Assembly (NCBI GenBank): GCA_965228475.1
Contig: OZ245817.1
Span: forward strand, 2,688,001 to 2,752,000
DNA from: Myxococcota bacterium
Lineage (GTDB): Bacteria; Myxococcota_A; UBA9160; JAFDDA01
DNA: 64,000 nucleotides
Direction of reading: 5' to 3'
The stretch's first letter is position 1. Each line of letters starts with the position of its first letter. Shown in pieces: positions 17,888 through 27,300 of this stretch. Under the pieces are notes generated by a model. It was not told the origin of the DNA and searched no databases. It saw only the letters and a list, made by a program, of their open reading frames with translations. The position numbers and the translations under genes are program-made.

Positions 17888-20689
17888 GTGACGCGCCCGA
17901 CCCCTCGCGCCTTCGCCTCGTCCTCGCCCCGCGCGCTGGCCCTCGCCTGGACCGTGGCGACCGGCTTCTGCGGCCTCGTCGACGAAGTCGTCTGGCAGCG
18001 CGCCCTGTCGGTCCTTCTCGGCTCCCACGCGGAGGCCACCGCGGCGGTGCTCGCCCTCTTTCTCGGCGGACTGGCCGCCGGCTACGCGGGCTTCGGCCGA
18101 CTCTGTCACCGGCACCCCGAGTGGACCCGCGGCGACCTGCTGCGACGCTACGCCGCCGCCGAGGCCGGCATCGGCCTCCACGCCCTCGCCTTCCCGTGGC
18201 TGTTCGCGGCCGTGCGGGATGGCTCGGCGGCGCTCCCGGCGGGAGGCTTCGCGGCCGAGACCGCGCTCTGCGCCCTGCTCGTCGTTCCGCCGGCCTTCCT
18301 GATGGGCGCCACGGTCCCCCTGCTGACGGACGCCCTGGCCCGGGACGCCGACGACGCGACGCGCCTCCACGCCCAGGTCTACGGCTGGAACACCCTCGGC
18401 GCCTTCCTCGGCGCCCTCGGTGCGGGCTTCTTCCTGCTCCCGGCGCTCGGCGTCGTCGGCTCGCTTCGCGTGACCGCGGCCGTGAACTTCGCCGCGGCCC
18501 TCGGCTTCTTGCACCTCGCGCGGCAAGTGGGCGAGGCGCCGCGCGTGGCCTCCGCGCAAGAACCCGATCGCCCGGCGTCCGGCCCGTCGCTCCCTTGGGA
18601 AGCCACGGCCGCCGCGGGCTTCGGCTTCGCGCTGATGACGCTCCAGACCGTGGCCGTCCGGGTCTCGGGCCTCGCCTTCGGCGCTTCGCCCGCCACCTTC
18701 GCGATCGTCGTCGCGACCTTCGTGCTCTGCATCGCCCTCGGGAGCCTGGCCGTCGCACGCTTCGCAGCCGTCCGCTCGCTTCCCGCAGCGCCCGTCGCCC
18801 TCGGCGCCGCCCTCCTGCTCGCAGCGCTCTTCCCCTTCGTCGACGACGCGGCCTTCGTGGCCCATCGCGTCCGCGTCCTCCTCCCGAACGACACGACGGG
18901 GTTCCACCTCTTCCAGGCCGCGACCGCCGGGCTGGTGTTCGCCGCCCTCTGTCTACCGCTCGCCCTCTCGGGCTCCCTCCTGCCGCTGATGTTCGACGAC
19001 CTGCGCCAGCGCCACCGCGAGCTCGGGGCCGCAGCGGGCCGGCTCTACGCCTGGAACACCGTCGGGAGCGTGCTCGGCGCTCTCGTCGGCGGCTACGCGC
19101 TGCTCCGCTTCCTGGACCTGCACGCGGTCTACCGCGTCGGCGTGGGCGCCGTCGCCATCGCCTCGGCGCTGCTCGCGCACCGCTCCCCGCAAGCCCGGCC
19201 CATCGCGCTCGGCGCCGCGAGCCTCGCGCTGGTTCTCGCGTTTCTCCCGGCCTGGACGCCCGAGAAGCTCTCGACGGCCCACCTGCGCCAGCGCCACGGC
19301 GTCGGCACGGTCTTCGAGACGCCTGCGGATCTCGCCGCGTACCAGCACGCCGGCGGGATCCTGTTCGCGACGGACGACCCGACGACGACCGTCCTCGTCA
19401 ACGAACACACGACCGACGACGACCGCTCCTCGCGCGCGCTCTTCACCAACGGAAAGTCCGACGGCTCGCTCTGGCCCGACTACCCGACCATGGCGCTCGC
19501 CGGGCTGATCCCCTGCGCCCTCGCGGACCGCTGCGAGAACGCCTTCGTGATCGGCCTCGGGACGGGGGTGACCGCCGGCGAGCTCGCCGCCCTGGATGGC
19601 GTCGAGCGCGTGGCGGTGGCCGAGATCTCGACGGGCGTGGTCGAAGCCCTTCCCCTCTTCGCGGAGGGGAACCTCGGCCTCGGCGACCGGCCCGCATTCG
19701 AGCTCCGCCGCAGCGACGCCTACCGCTCGCTCCTCCGGGAGCCCGGCCGCTTCGACGTGATCGCCTCCGAGCCGAGCCACCCCTGGGCGATCGGCGTCGA
19801 GAACCTCTTCGCCCTCGAGTTCCTGCGCGCGGCGCGGGACCGGCTCGCGCCCGGCGGCGTCTTCGCCCAGTGGATCCACGCGTATGAGATGGACGACGCG
19901 ACCCTCGCCCTCGTCCTGCGGACCTACGCCGCCGCGTTTCCCGAGGTGGCCGTCTGGTACGCGTCGGGCCCCGATCTCCTGCTGCTCGGCTTCGGCGACG
20001 TGCCCCCTGCGCGCGACCCCGAACGCCTCGCCGCCCGCTTCGCCCGGCCGGACTTCGCCGCGGGCTTCGCGCGGGCCGGCGTCGACTCCCTCTCCGGGCT
20101 CCTCGCGCACGAACTCGTCCCGGGCGGCGTGATCACCCGGGCCGCGCTGCCGGGCCCGATCCACACCCTGCTCCACCCCCGGCTCGCCCACGCGGCGGCG
20201 GCCGCGTTCTTCCGGGACGACCGCGCGCGCCTGCCGAGGCTCGACGGCCCGGATGCCCGAGCCCGGGCCCTCCACGCCCGAGCCCTCGGCCTCGCCATGC
20301 GCGACGGGAAGCTCTCGGAGGACCAGTACGAAGCCGTGGTCCGCCGCCTCTGCGTCTCCCGCGAGTGGGAATGCACGACGGCGCTCGGGAGCTGGCGCCA
20401 CGACTACCCGGACTCGCCTCGCCCCCACGCCGTCCGCGCGGAACTCGCCGAGAGCCAGGAGCCGCACCTGCTCGAATCCCGCATCGACCTCCTCGCCGGG
20501 CTCTTCGGCGACGGACTCGGCCCCCTCGACGCCGAGTCCACCCGGCGCGTCCACGAGCACTACACCGCCTACTATCACCACGCGCTGCCGTTCCGGCCCG
20601 AAGCCATCGCCCGGACGCTCGAGCGCTGCGAAGGCGAAGGCTGCGAGGCGCTGCGGACGGCCGTGCGGAAGGAGGAACCCCATGAGTGA
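17888..20689 (+). CDS. Fused MFS-like / spermidine-synthase-like SAM-binding protein (paralog 2)
   Basis: YGWNTLG and YAWNTVG repeats; LFTNGKSDGS, VIGLGTGVT, VAEIS, FDVIASEPSHPW, ENLFALEF. Start uncertain (GTG 17888 or 17780). Confidence 0.85.
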   Translation: MTRPTPRAFASSSPRALALAWTVATGFCGLVDEVVWQRALSVLLGSHAEATAAVLALFLGGLAAGYAGFGRLCHRHPEWTRGDLLRRYAAAEAGIGLHALAFPWLFAAVRDGSAALPAGGFAAETALCALLVVPPAFLMGATVPLLTDALARDADDATRLHAQVYGWNTLGAFLGALGAGFFLLPALGVVGSLRVTAAVNFAAALGFLHLARQVGEAPRVASAQEPDRPASGPSLPWEATAAAGFGFALMTLQTVAVRVSGLAFGASPATFAIVVATFVLCIALGSLAVARFAAVRSLPAAPVALGAALLLAALFPFVDDAAFVAHRVRVLLPNDTTGFHLFQAATAGLVFAALCLPLALSGSLLPLMFDDLRQRHRELGAAAGRLYAWNTVGSVLGALVGGYALLRFLDLHAVYRVGVGAVAIASALLAHRSPQARPIALGAASLALVLAFLPAWTPEKLSTAHLRQRHGVGTVFETPADLAAYQHAGGILFATDDPTTTVLVNEHTTDDDRSSRALFTNGKSDGSLWPDYPTMALAGLIPCALADRCENAFVIGLGTGVTAGELAALDGVERVAVAEISTGVVEALPLFAEGNLGLGDRPAFELRRSDAYRSLLREPGRFDVIASEPSHPWAIGVENLFALEFLRAARDRLAPGGVFAQWIHAYEMDDATLALVLRTYAAAFPEVAVWYASGPDLLLLGFGDVPPARDPERLAARFARPDFAAGFARAGVDSLSGLLAHELVPGGVITRAALPGPIHTLLHPRLAHAAAAAFFRDDRARLPRLDGPDARARALHARALGLAMRDGKLSEDQYEAVVRRLCVSREWECTTALGSWRHDYPDSPRPHAVRAELAESQEPHLLESRIDLLAGLFGDGLGPLDAESTRRVHEHYTAYYHHALPFRPEAIARTLERCEGEGCEALRTAVRKEEPHE

Positions 20690-20891
20690 ACTCTTGCCCA
20701 AGGGAGAGAAGCTGCGCCGCGCGGTGCGCTTCCTCTCCGAGGCCTCCGAAGGCTCCGAAAGCTCCGAAAGCTCCGAAGGCGACGATGCGCCCACCGCCGC
20801 GGCGTTGATCGATCAAGCGACCCTGCGCTTCGACCTCACGCCGCGCGAGGCGGAGCTGCTCGCGGACTTCTGGCGCAACCGCGACTCCTGA
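20682..20891 (+). CDS. Small conserved hypothetical protein (69 aa)
   Basis: GGAGG RBS; overlaps the upstream stop; MSELLPKGEKLRRAVRFLSE...LIDQATLRFDLTPREAELL. Confidence 0.7.
   Translation: MSELLPKGEKLRRAVRFLSEASEGSESSESSEGDDAPTAAALIDQATLRFDLTPREAELLADFWRNRDS
20736..20780 (+). repeat. In-frame 9-bp tandem repeat x5 (TCCGARRSC)
   Basis: tccgaggcc tccgaaggc tccgaaagc tccgaaagc tccgaaggc, encoding SEA-SEG-SES-SES-SEG. Confidence 0.9.
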
Positions 20892-20904
20892 CGCCTGCGG
20901 CGGC

Positions 20905-21876
20905 CTAGCCGTCGAGGTGCCGACGAAGCTCCCGCAGCGCGCCACGGTGGTTGGCGGGAAGCGAACGCAGGGCCGAGCGGGGAGCCCGGCGCGGCGGGAC
21001 GCCGCCCGCGTGCTCGATGAAGCGCACCACCCAGCCCCGGCGGCCGCTGAACGGTGCGAGCAGCTCGAGCATGCGTTCGTCGCCGGCCCGCCGCTCGCCC
21101 GCGAGGTTCCAGGCGACGTGGCTCGGCAGATGGAGGTCTCCGATCGGGAACGCGTCCGGCCGACCGCCCGCGTAGAGTTCGAGCGAGCTCACCGTCCACG
21201 GCCCGATGCCGGGCAGCGCTCGAAGGCGGGAGGTCGCCCCCGGTGCCCCGAGGTGTCCGAATCCGGAGAGGCGCGCGGCCTCCCGTCCGACGTTCCGCAG
21301 CGTTGCGCCGCGCCTGGCATCGAGGCCGAGGGGCGCGAAGGCCCAGTCGGGCAGCCGGGCGACGCGCTCGGGATCGGGCGGCAGCCACAGGGCGGGGAAC
21401 GGGCCCGGCGCGGGCTCGGAGGCGATGCTCACGAGCGCGCGGTGGCTTCGCGCCGCCTCCTTGCCCGAGACCTTCTGCTGGAGAACCAGCAGGAAGAGGA
21501 ACGGCAGCCAATCCTCGAGGCACGAAAGGCGAAGCCCCTCGCAGGCCCGGACCAGCCTGCGAATCCGCGGCGGGAAGCCCTCCGGCCGGGGTGCGTCGCT
21601 GGCCAGCCCGAGCAGGGCCGGCGCGGATTCGAGCGCCGCCTCCGCCCCCGCGCCGTAGGCGACGAGGCGAAGCGAGCCGGGCCGGTGCAGGATGCACAGC
21701 GTCGCCGGCCCGAGAGCGGTCCGCTCCGCGCGCAGCCACCCCACCTCGCCGCCGGCTTCGACCACGCGCTGGGTCGGATCGGCGAAGCCCGAGGAGAGCG
21801 GCCGCGCGATCGCCCGGAGATCGAGGGGGCCCTCGAAGGCGAGGTGCCGCTCGAGCGGGGCCGCGCCGGCGTTCAC
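20905..21876 (-). CDS. DNA-3-methyladenine glycosylase II family (AlkA/HhH-GPD)
   Basis: VLQQKVSGKEA, helix-hairpin-helix LRALPGIGPWT, DAFPIGDLHLP; GTG at 21876 overlaps the upstream stop (GTGA). Confidence 0.8.
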   Translation of the reverse strand: MNAGAAPLERHLAFEGPLDLRAIARPLSSGFADPTQRVVEAGGEVGWLRAERTALGPATLCILHRPGSLRLVAYGAGAEAALESAPALLGLASDAPRPEGFPPRIRRLVRACEGLRLSCLEDWLPFLFLLVLQQKVSGKEAARSHRALVSIASEPAPGPFPALWLPPDPERVARLPDWAFAPLGLDARRGATLRNVGREAARLSGFGHLGAPGATSRLRALPGIGPWTVSSLELYAGGRPDAFPIGDLHLPSHVAWNLAGERRAGDERMLELLAPFSGRRGWVVRFIEHAGGVPPRRAPRSALRSLPANHRGALRELRRHLDG

Positions 21877-24170
21877 CGGGAGAAGTCCGGGGCCGCGATG
21901 CGGCGGCCTTCGCGGACGTCTTCCTCGCCGACGTCGACCGTGCGCTCGGCACCGCTCGCAAAGACCCCGTACCCGCCGCGGCTTCGAACCCGGCCGTTGG
22001 CTTCCCGCGTCGCGTAGGGAACCCGGAGACGGTAGACGCCGTCGGTGCCCGCCCGGGTGCGGGAGCCCCACGCGAACTCCCGGCCACCGGCCGTTGCCAG
22101 GGCGAGTTCCACCGAGACCTCCGCTCCGGGCGGCGCCCGCCCTTCGAGCTCGGCCCCTCGGACGAACTCGTAGAGCTTGAAGAACGGCTGCTCGGGCGCC
22201 CAGGGCTTCGGCCGGGCCTCGTACACCAGACGGTGACGCTCGAGGGCCGGCACGTCGACGACGACCTCCCGGAACGCCGCGGGCAGGGTGCGCGCCCGGG
22301 AGCGCTGCGCCGCCTGGCCGTCCGCGAAGAAGGCTCGGGCGATCATCGAGCGGGGTCCGAACTCCGCGAGCGCGCCCTGGCGCCGATACTCGAGGACGAC
22401 GTAGCGGACGCCGAAGGCATCGAGGATCTCCGCGGCTTCGGGCTCGCTCGCCGCGAAGTAGCGGGCCATCGCATCCATGCCCTCGGGTCCGAGGTCGTCC
22501 CCGAAGTTCGTGACGACCGCGGGGCGTTCGCCGGCGGTCAGCAGGATGTGCCCGTTCGCCCAGAAACCCAGCACGCCGTACTCCGGCGGCGAGCCGCCGC
22601 GGGCTTCGAAGCCGCTCGTCGGCGGAGAGTTGCCGCGCAGCCAGCTGGCCAGGCGATGCAGCTCGCGCCGCTGGAGCTGGTCCGCGGCGAGCCTCATCGG
22701 CTGGCCCGCACGCAGCGCAGCCCGGCGCTCGAGGGCCGGGGCGAACCCCTGGAGCGTCGGGAGCAGGAGCAGGAGACCGAGCGCCACCGTCCCTCCAGCG
22801 AGCAGCGCGCGGACGAACCGCCCCCGCTCGGCGAGTCGCAGCCGCCGGGGCAGCTCGACGACGAAGGTCCAGCCGAGCAGCAGCGCCAGGAGAACCGAGA
22901 AGGGATTCGCGAAGCGCCGCTGGGCCAGCGTCGCCAGCGCCAGCCCGACCAGCAAGACGAGGAACAGCCACGCGCTCGGATCGAAGGGCCGCTGGCGGAG
23001 TCGGGCGAGGAACGCCCAGGCCAGAACCGGAACGAAGAGGAACCCACCCGAGAGCTGCTGCAGGCCCTCGGCGAGGCGGCCCCGCGGGTCCGGGGCGAAC
23101 AGGGCCTGGGACTCGGCGACCTGACTCTGGAAGGACTCGGTCCGCGCCAGCCAGGACCACATGCGGCCCGGTGCTTCCCCGAGCTCGGGCAGGAGGAGGC
23201 CGCTCCCGAGCGCCAGCGCCGCCGCCGAGCCGAGGGCCACGGCGAGCCGCTGGGCCGGCGGGCGATGGGCCACGCTGGCGAGGGCCGCGAAGCAGAGGCT
23301 CGCGCAGGCGAGCAGCCAGGGCTGGAAGCCGCCGAGCACGACCGGCGCGAAGCCGCCCCAATAGGCGTAGTCGCGGCCGGCGAAGGGCAGGAGGAAGAGG
23401 AGCGAAAGTCCGTGGACCAGGCTGGCTCGCAGGCACAGGGCGCGGGCGAACCTCGCGTCGAGGAAGACGGCCCAGGCCGCGAACGTCGCGGAGACGAGCA
23501 GGAGCTGGAGGAGCGACCCGGGCCAGACGAGGAGCGACCCCGCCTGGGTGGCTGCCAGCGCCCCGACGGCAGCCACGTCCCGGCCAGCCCAGCGCTCGGC
23601 CCCCGACGCCCGGAGGGCGAGTCCGCTCCCGGCGGCGAGGAAGGCCAGGGTCACCAGGGGCTCCGCCGCGTGGTGGTCGAGCATCCCGAAGCGGCTGTAG
23701 ACGGCGTGGGCCGGGAGGATCGCCAGAACGCCGGCGGCGGCGAGGCCCGAACCGGGCCCGAAGCGCCAGGCTCCCCAGGCGAAGCAGCCGAGGATCGCCG
23801 CACCCCCGAGCCAGACCGGGACGGCCATGGCGAAGGCCGCCAGCCGCTCGGGCGGCACGTCCGGCCCGAGCCGGAGCCGCGCCGCCGCCGCCACGCTCCA
23901 ATCGAGGCCCGGAGGCCAGATCACGTCGCCGCCCGTAGGGTGGTTCAGGTAGGGGTCCCGCTCGAGGACCTCGGGGAAGTTCGCGTAGCTGAAGCAAACG
24001 CGGCGCAGGTGGTAGTAGGCATCCGGTCCGACCGGGCGGATCCCCTCGGCGGTCCGGACCGTCGGCGCATCGAGCATGCGCAGGTTCGCCCCGAGGGCGA
24101 GCACACCCAGGAGCAAGAGCCCGGCAACGGCCCACGCGGCCCGATCGCGGCGGTGTTCGGCGTCCCCCAC
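21873..24170 (-). CDS. STT3/AglB/PglB-like oligosaccharyltransferase
   Basis: GPDAYYHLRR, DPYLNHPTG, WPPGLD, DHHAAE, VAESQ, RRF, then soluble domain with VLGFWANGH (WWDYG position) and VTNFG; about 13 TM segments; beta-rich C-terminal extension. Confidence 0.8.
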   Translation of the reverse strand: MGDAEHRRDRAAWAVAGLLLLGVLALGANLRMLDAPTVRTAEGIRPVGPDAYYHLRRVCFSYANFPEVLERDPYLNHPTGGDVIWPPGLDWSVAAAARLRLGPDVPPERLAAFAMAVPVWLGGAAILGCFAWGAWRFGPGSGLAAAGVLAILPAHAVYSRFGMLDHHAAEPLVTLAFLAAGSGLALRASGAERWAGRDVAAVGALAATQAGSLLVWPGSLLQLLLVSATFAAWAVFLDARFARALCLRASLVHGLSLLFLLPFAGRDYAYWGGFAPVVLGGFQPWLLACASLCFAALASVAHRPPAQRLAVALGSAAALALGSGLLLPELGEAPGRMWSWLARTESFQSQVAESQALFAPDPRGRLAEGLQQLSGGFLFVPVLAWAFLARLRQRPFDPSAWLFLVLLVGLALATLAQRRFANPFSVLLALLLGWTFVVELPRRLRLAERGRFVRALLAGGTVALGLLLLLPTLQGFAPALERRAALRAGQPMRLAADQLQRRELHRLASWLRGNSPPTSGFEARGGSPPEYGVLGFWANGHILLTAGERPAVVTNFGDDLGPEGMDAMARYFAASEPEAAEILDAFGVRYVVLEYRRQGALAEFGPRSMIARAFFADGQAAQRSRARTLPAAFREVVVDVPALERHRLVYEARPKPWAPEQPFFKLYEFVRGAELEGRAPPGAEVSVELALATAGGREFAWGSRTRAGTDGVYRLRVPYATREANGRVRSRGGYGVFASGAERTVDVGEEDVREGRRIAAPDFSR

Positions 24171-24241
24171 GCGGCCATTCTAGGCGCGTTCCGGGGGTCG
24201 GCGCGCGCCCCGGAGGCAGATCACCGGCAGAACGAAAAACG

Positions 24242-24271
24242 TTGACTTGTCGAAGGGTTGCCGGTTATGGT
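24242..24271 (+). promoter_or_regulatory. Sigma-70-like promoter upstream of the cytochrome c gene
   Basis: TTGACT-N18-TATGGT, preceded by the A-rich tract GAAAAAC. Confidence 0.5.
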
Positions 24272-24319
24272 GCTTCGCTTACCCGCGGTTAAACTGCCTG
24301 CCGGAAACCGTCCTGGAGG

Positions 24320-27300
24320 ATGTCGATGCCCGCCCTGTTTCGCTCGTCCCTTGCACTCGCCGTGTTGCTCGCCGCCGCCGGCTGCTCGCCGAACCCGAAG
24401 GCCCCGGAGGTCGGCGCGCAGCTGTTCCAAAGCCCGCACGTGAACTCGATCGCGCTCGCGCGCGCGGACCGCAAGCTCGTGGTCGCGAACACGACCTCGG
24501 CCACGGTGTCGGTCTTCGAGACGAACCTGCTGCCGCACGATCCCGAAGGCGCGCTGATCGGCGAGATCGCCGTCGGCATCGATCCGGTGAGCGTCGCGAT
24601 CCGGCCGAAGAACGGCCCGAACGACCGCGACCTCGCGCTCGTCGCGAACCACATCTCCGACTCGATCTCGGTCATCGACCTATCGAAGCTCGGTGTCGTG
24701 CAGACCCTCCAGGAGTTCGACGCGGACGGCGTGACCACCACGGATGCCCCGACCGGCATCGTGTTCGCGAGCCCGGACCGCGCCTTCGTCGCACTCGACG
24801 ACCGCGACGAGATCGTGGTGATCGACTTCGACGCGAACGGCCGCGCCAGCATCAACCCGGAGCGGCTGCCGATCACGGCCCAGGCGCCGCGCGCCATGAC
24901 CGTCGTGGGCGACCGGCTGCTCGTCGGGGCCTTCGAGTCCGGCAACCAGACGGAGTTCCCGAACTGCGGCCCCCTCGATACGCCGGCGACCGCCCCCTTC
25001 CTCCCGGGCGACCCCTACGACGAAGGCTGCATGTTCTACAACCGCTTCATCGAGAGCATCACCGTCAACGACATCTTCAACCTCGACCTCGACCTCGAGT
25101 TCGGCGTGATCGTCGACTTCGCCGCGCGCAACCCGAACATCGGCGGCGAGGTCGTGATCGACCGCGACCGGCCCGACCGCGACGTCTTCGTCTTCGACGT
25201 GGCCGCCCTCGGCGCGCCGCTCCAGGTGATCGACGGCGTCAGCACCCTGCTCTACGGCATGGAGAGCAGCGGCAACCGCGTGTTCGTGACGAGCGCCGAC
25301 GGCCGGAACGATCTCGACGGCCTCGACGACCTCGACAACCGGATGTTCGAGAACCGCATCTCCTGGTTCGACTGCGACCCGGACTGCGGCCCGGTCCAGC
25401 ACCGGGACCTCGACCAGAACGCCCACGGCGTGCCGGTGCCGACGCCCTACGGCGTCCGGGCCAGCGCCGACGGCTCGGCCCTGGTCGTCGCCGTCTCCGG
25501 CTCCGACGGGATCCCCGGCCTCGCCGAAGACCCGACGACGGACATCCCCGGCCTCGTCACCCTCGACGCCTCGGGCAACGTGCTCGGCCACGTCCAGACC
25601 GGCGCCATTCCGCAGAGCGTGGCTCTCGCGAGCGACGAAGCCGGCGCGGCCCAGACCGCCTACGTCCTGAACGTCGTCGACAGCACGATCTCCGTCGTGG
25701 ACGTGAGCGACCTCGCGAACCCCCAGATCCTCGGCACGTTCAGCGTCGGCAACGACCCGACGCCGCCCGAGATCCGGGACGGCCGCAGGAACTTCATGTC
25801 GGCCCGCGCTTCGACGAAGGGCACCTTCTCCTGCGAGTCCTGCCACCCGAACGGGAACACGGACCAGCTCATCTGGACGATCAACACGGTCGAGAGCCGC
25901 GAAGACGTGCCGGAGTGCAACCCCTTCGAGGAGAACTGCCCGGAGCCGCGCACCACGATGCCGACCCCGCGCGGCCTGCGGGACACGCTCCCGCTGCACT
26001 GGCTCGGCAACCTCGCCGACCCCTTCCCGGACCACGAAGACCAGCTCTTCCAGCCCGAGGACGACGGCGCGCCGGACTGCGATCTCGAGACCGACGGCGA
26101 GATCGGCTGCGCCCGGCACCTCGTGAACGCGAGCCTCTCGGGCGTCATGTGCGACCAGGCCGGCGGCTGCGCGGTCGGCCCCTCGGGCCTGCCCGGCGCC
26201 TACACGGAGGCCGAGCGCAACGCCATGGCCGCCTTCATGATGTCCGTGAGCTACCCGCCCTCGCCCACCCGCCGCCCGGACGACGCCCTGTCGCCGGTGG
26301 CCATGCAGGGCGTGACGGACTTCTTCACGGACGAAGACGGGCTCGGCGTCGGGAGCGCGGCGGCCGGCGTCGGCGCGGCGGTCGGCTTCTCGCCGATCAC
26401 GTGCGCCGACAACTCCGGCGGCTGCCACGCCCTCCCGCTCACCGTCGACACCAACAGCCTCACGGTCGGCGCCTTCGACGTGCCGACCATGCGTGGCATG
26501 TGGGACCGCCACGTGCAGTTCTCGAACGGCAGCCCGAGCTCGGAAGAGGTGCTCCGCGCCGGCCAGGACTGCGCCGACGGCAACCCGCCCGGCGACCACC
26601 CGAACCTCGGGAACTTCCTCACCGGCGACCCGTGCGCCCTCGCGTCGCCCTTCATCGAGGCGTTCCTGGGCTTCCAGCTCGACCCCTTCCAGGGCGTTCC
26701 GAGCGGCGAGGAGATCTACGACCCGGCGGTCGGCGTGACCGAGCGCGGCGTCTTCCTCTCGACGTTCGAGTCGCTCTTCCAGCTCGCCTACGGCGTGCGG
26801 GGCGCCCCGATGTGGGAGTTCTTCTCGGAGATGGGCGTCGGCTTCGCAGGCGTCTACGGCCGCCAGCTCACCGTCGACGCGAGCGACGCGCAGTCGCCGG
26901 CGACCCAGGACGCGCTGAACCCGCTGGTCGCCGCAGCCGACGAGGGCCGCATCGCCCTGCGCGCGAGCTTCATGGGTGGGGACCGCGACTACTCCTACTC
27001 CGAGGGCCGCTGGCACCTGACCCAGCTCCCCGACGACAAGGAGAGCAACGGCTTCACGACCGAGAAGGTCCTCCAGCAGGTGGTCGACTGGGACCAGGTC
27101 CTGACCTTCACCGCCCACCTCCGCGAGGGCATCAGCATCGGCGGCGCGGATCGCCAGCCGCTGCTCCACGTGGACCCGGAGCGCAAGGAGACCGAGGACT
27201 TCGGCGAGCTGCTCGCCATCCCGCGGCCCGAGCCCCTGCCGAACCAGGCCTTCCGCATCGGCGGCATCTACGTCGACCCGGCGGCCAAGATCCTGGTCAA

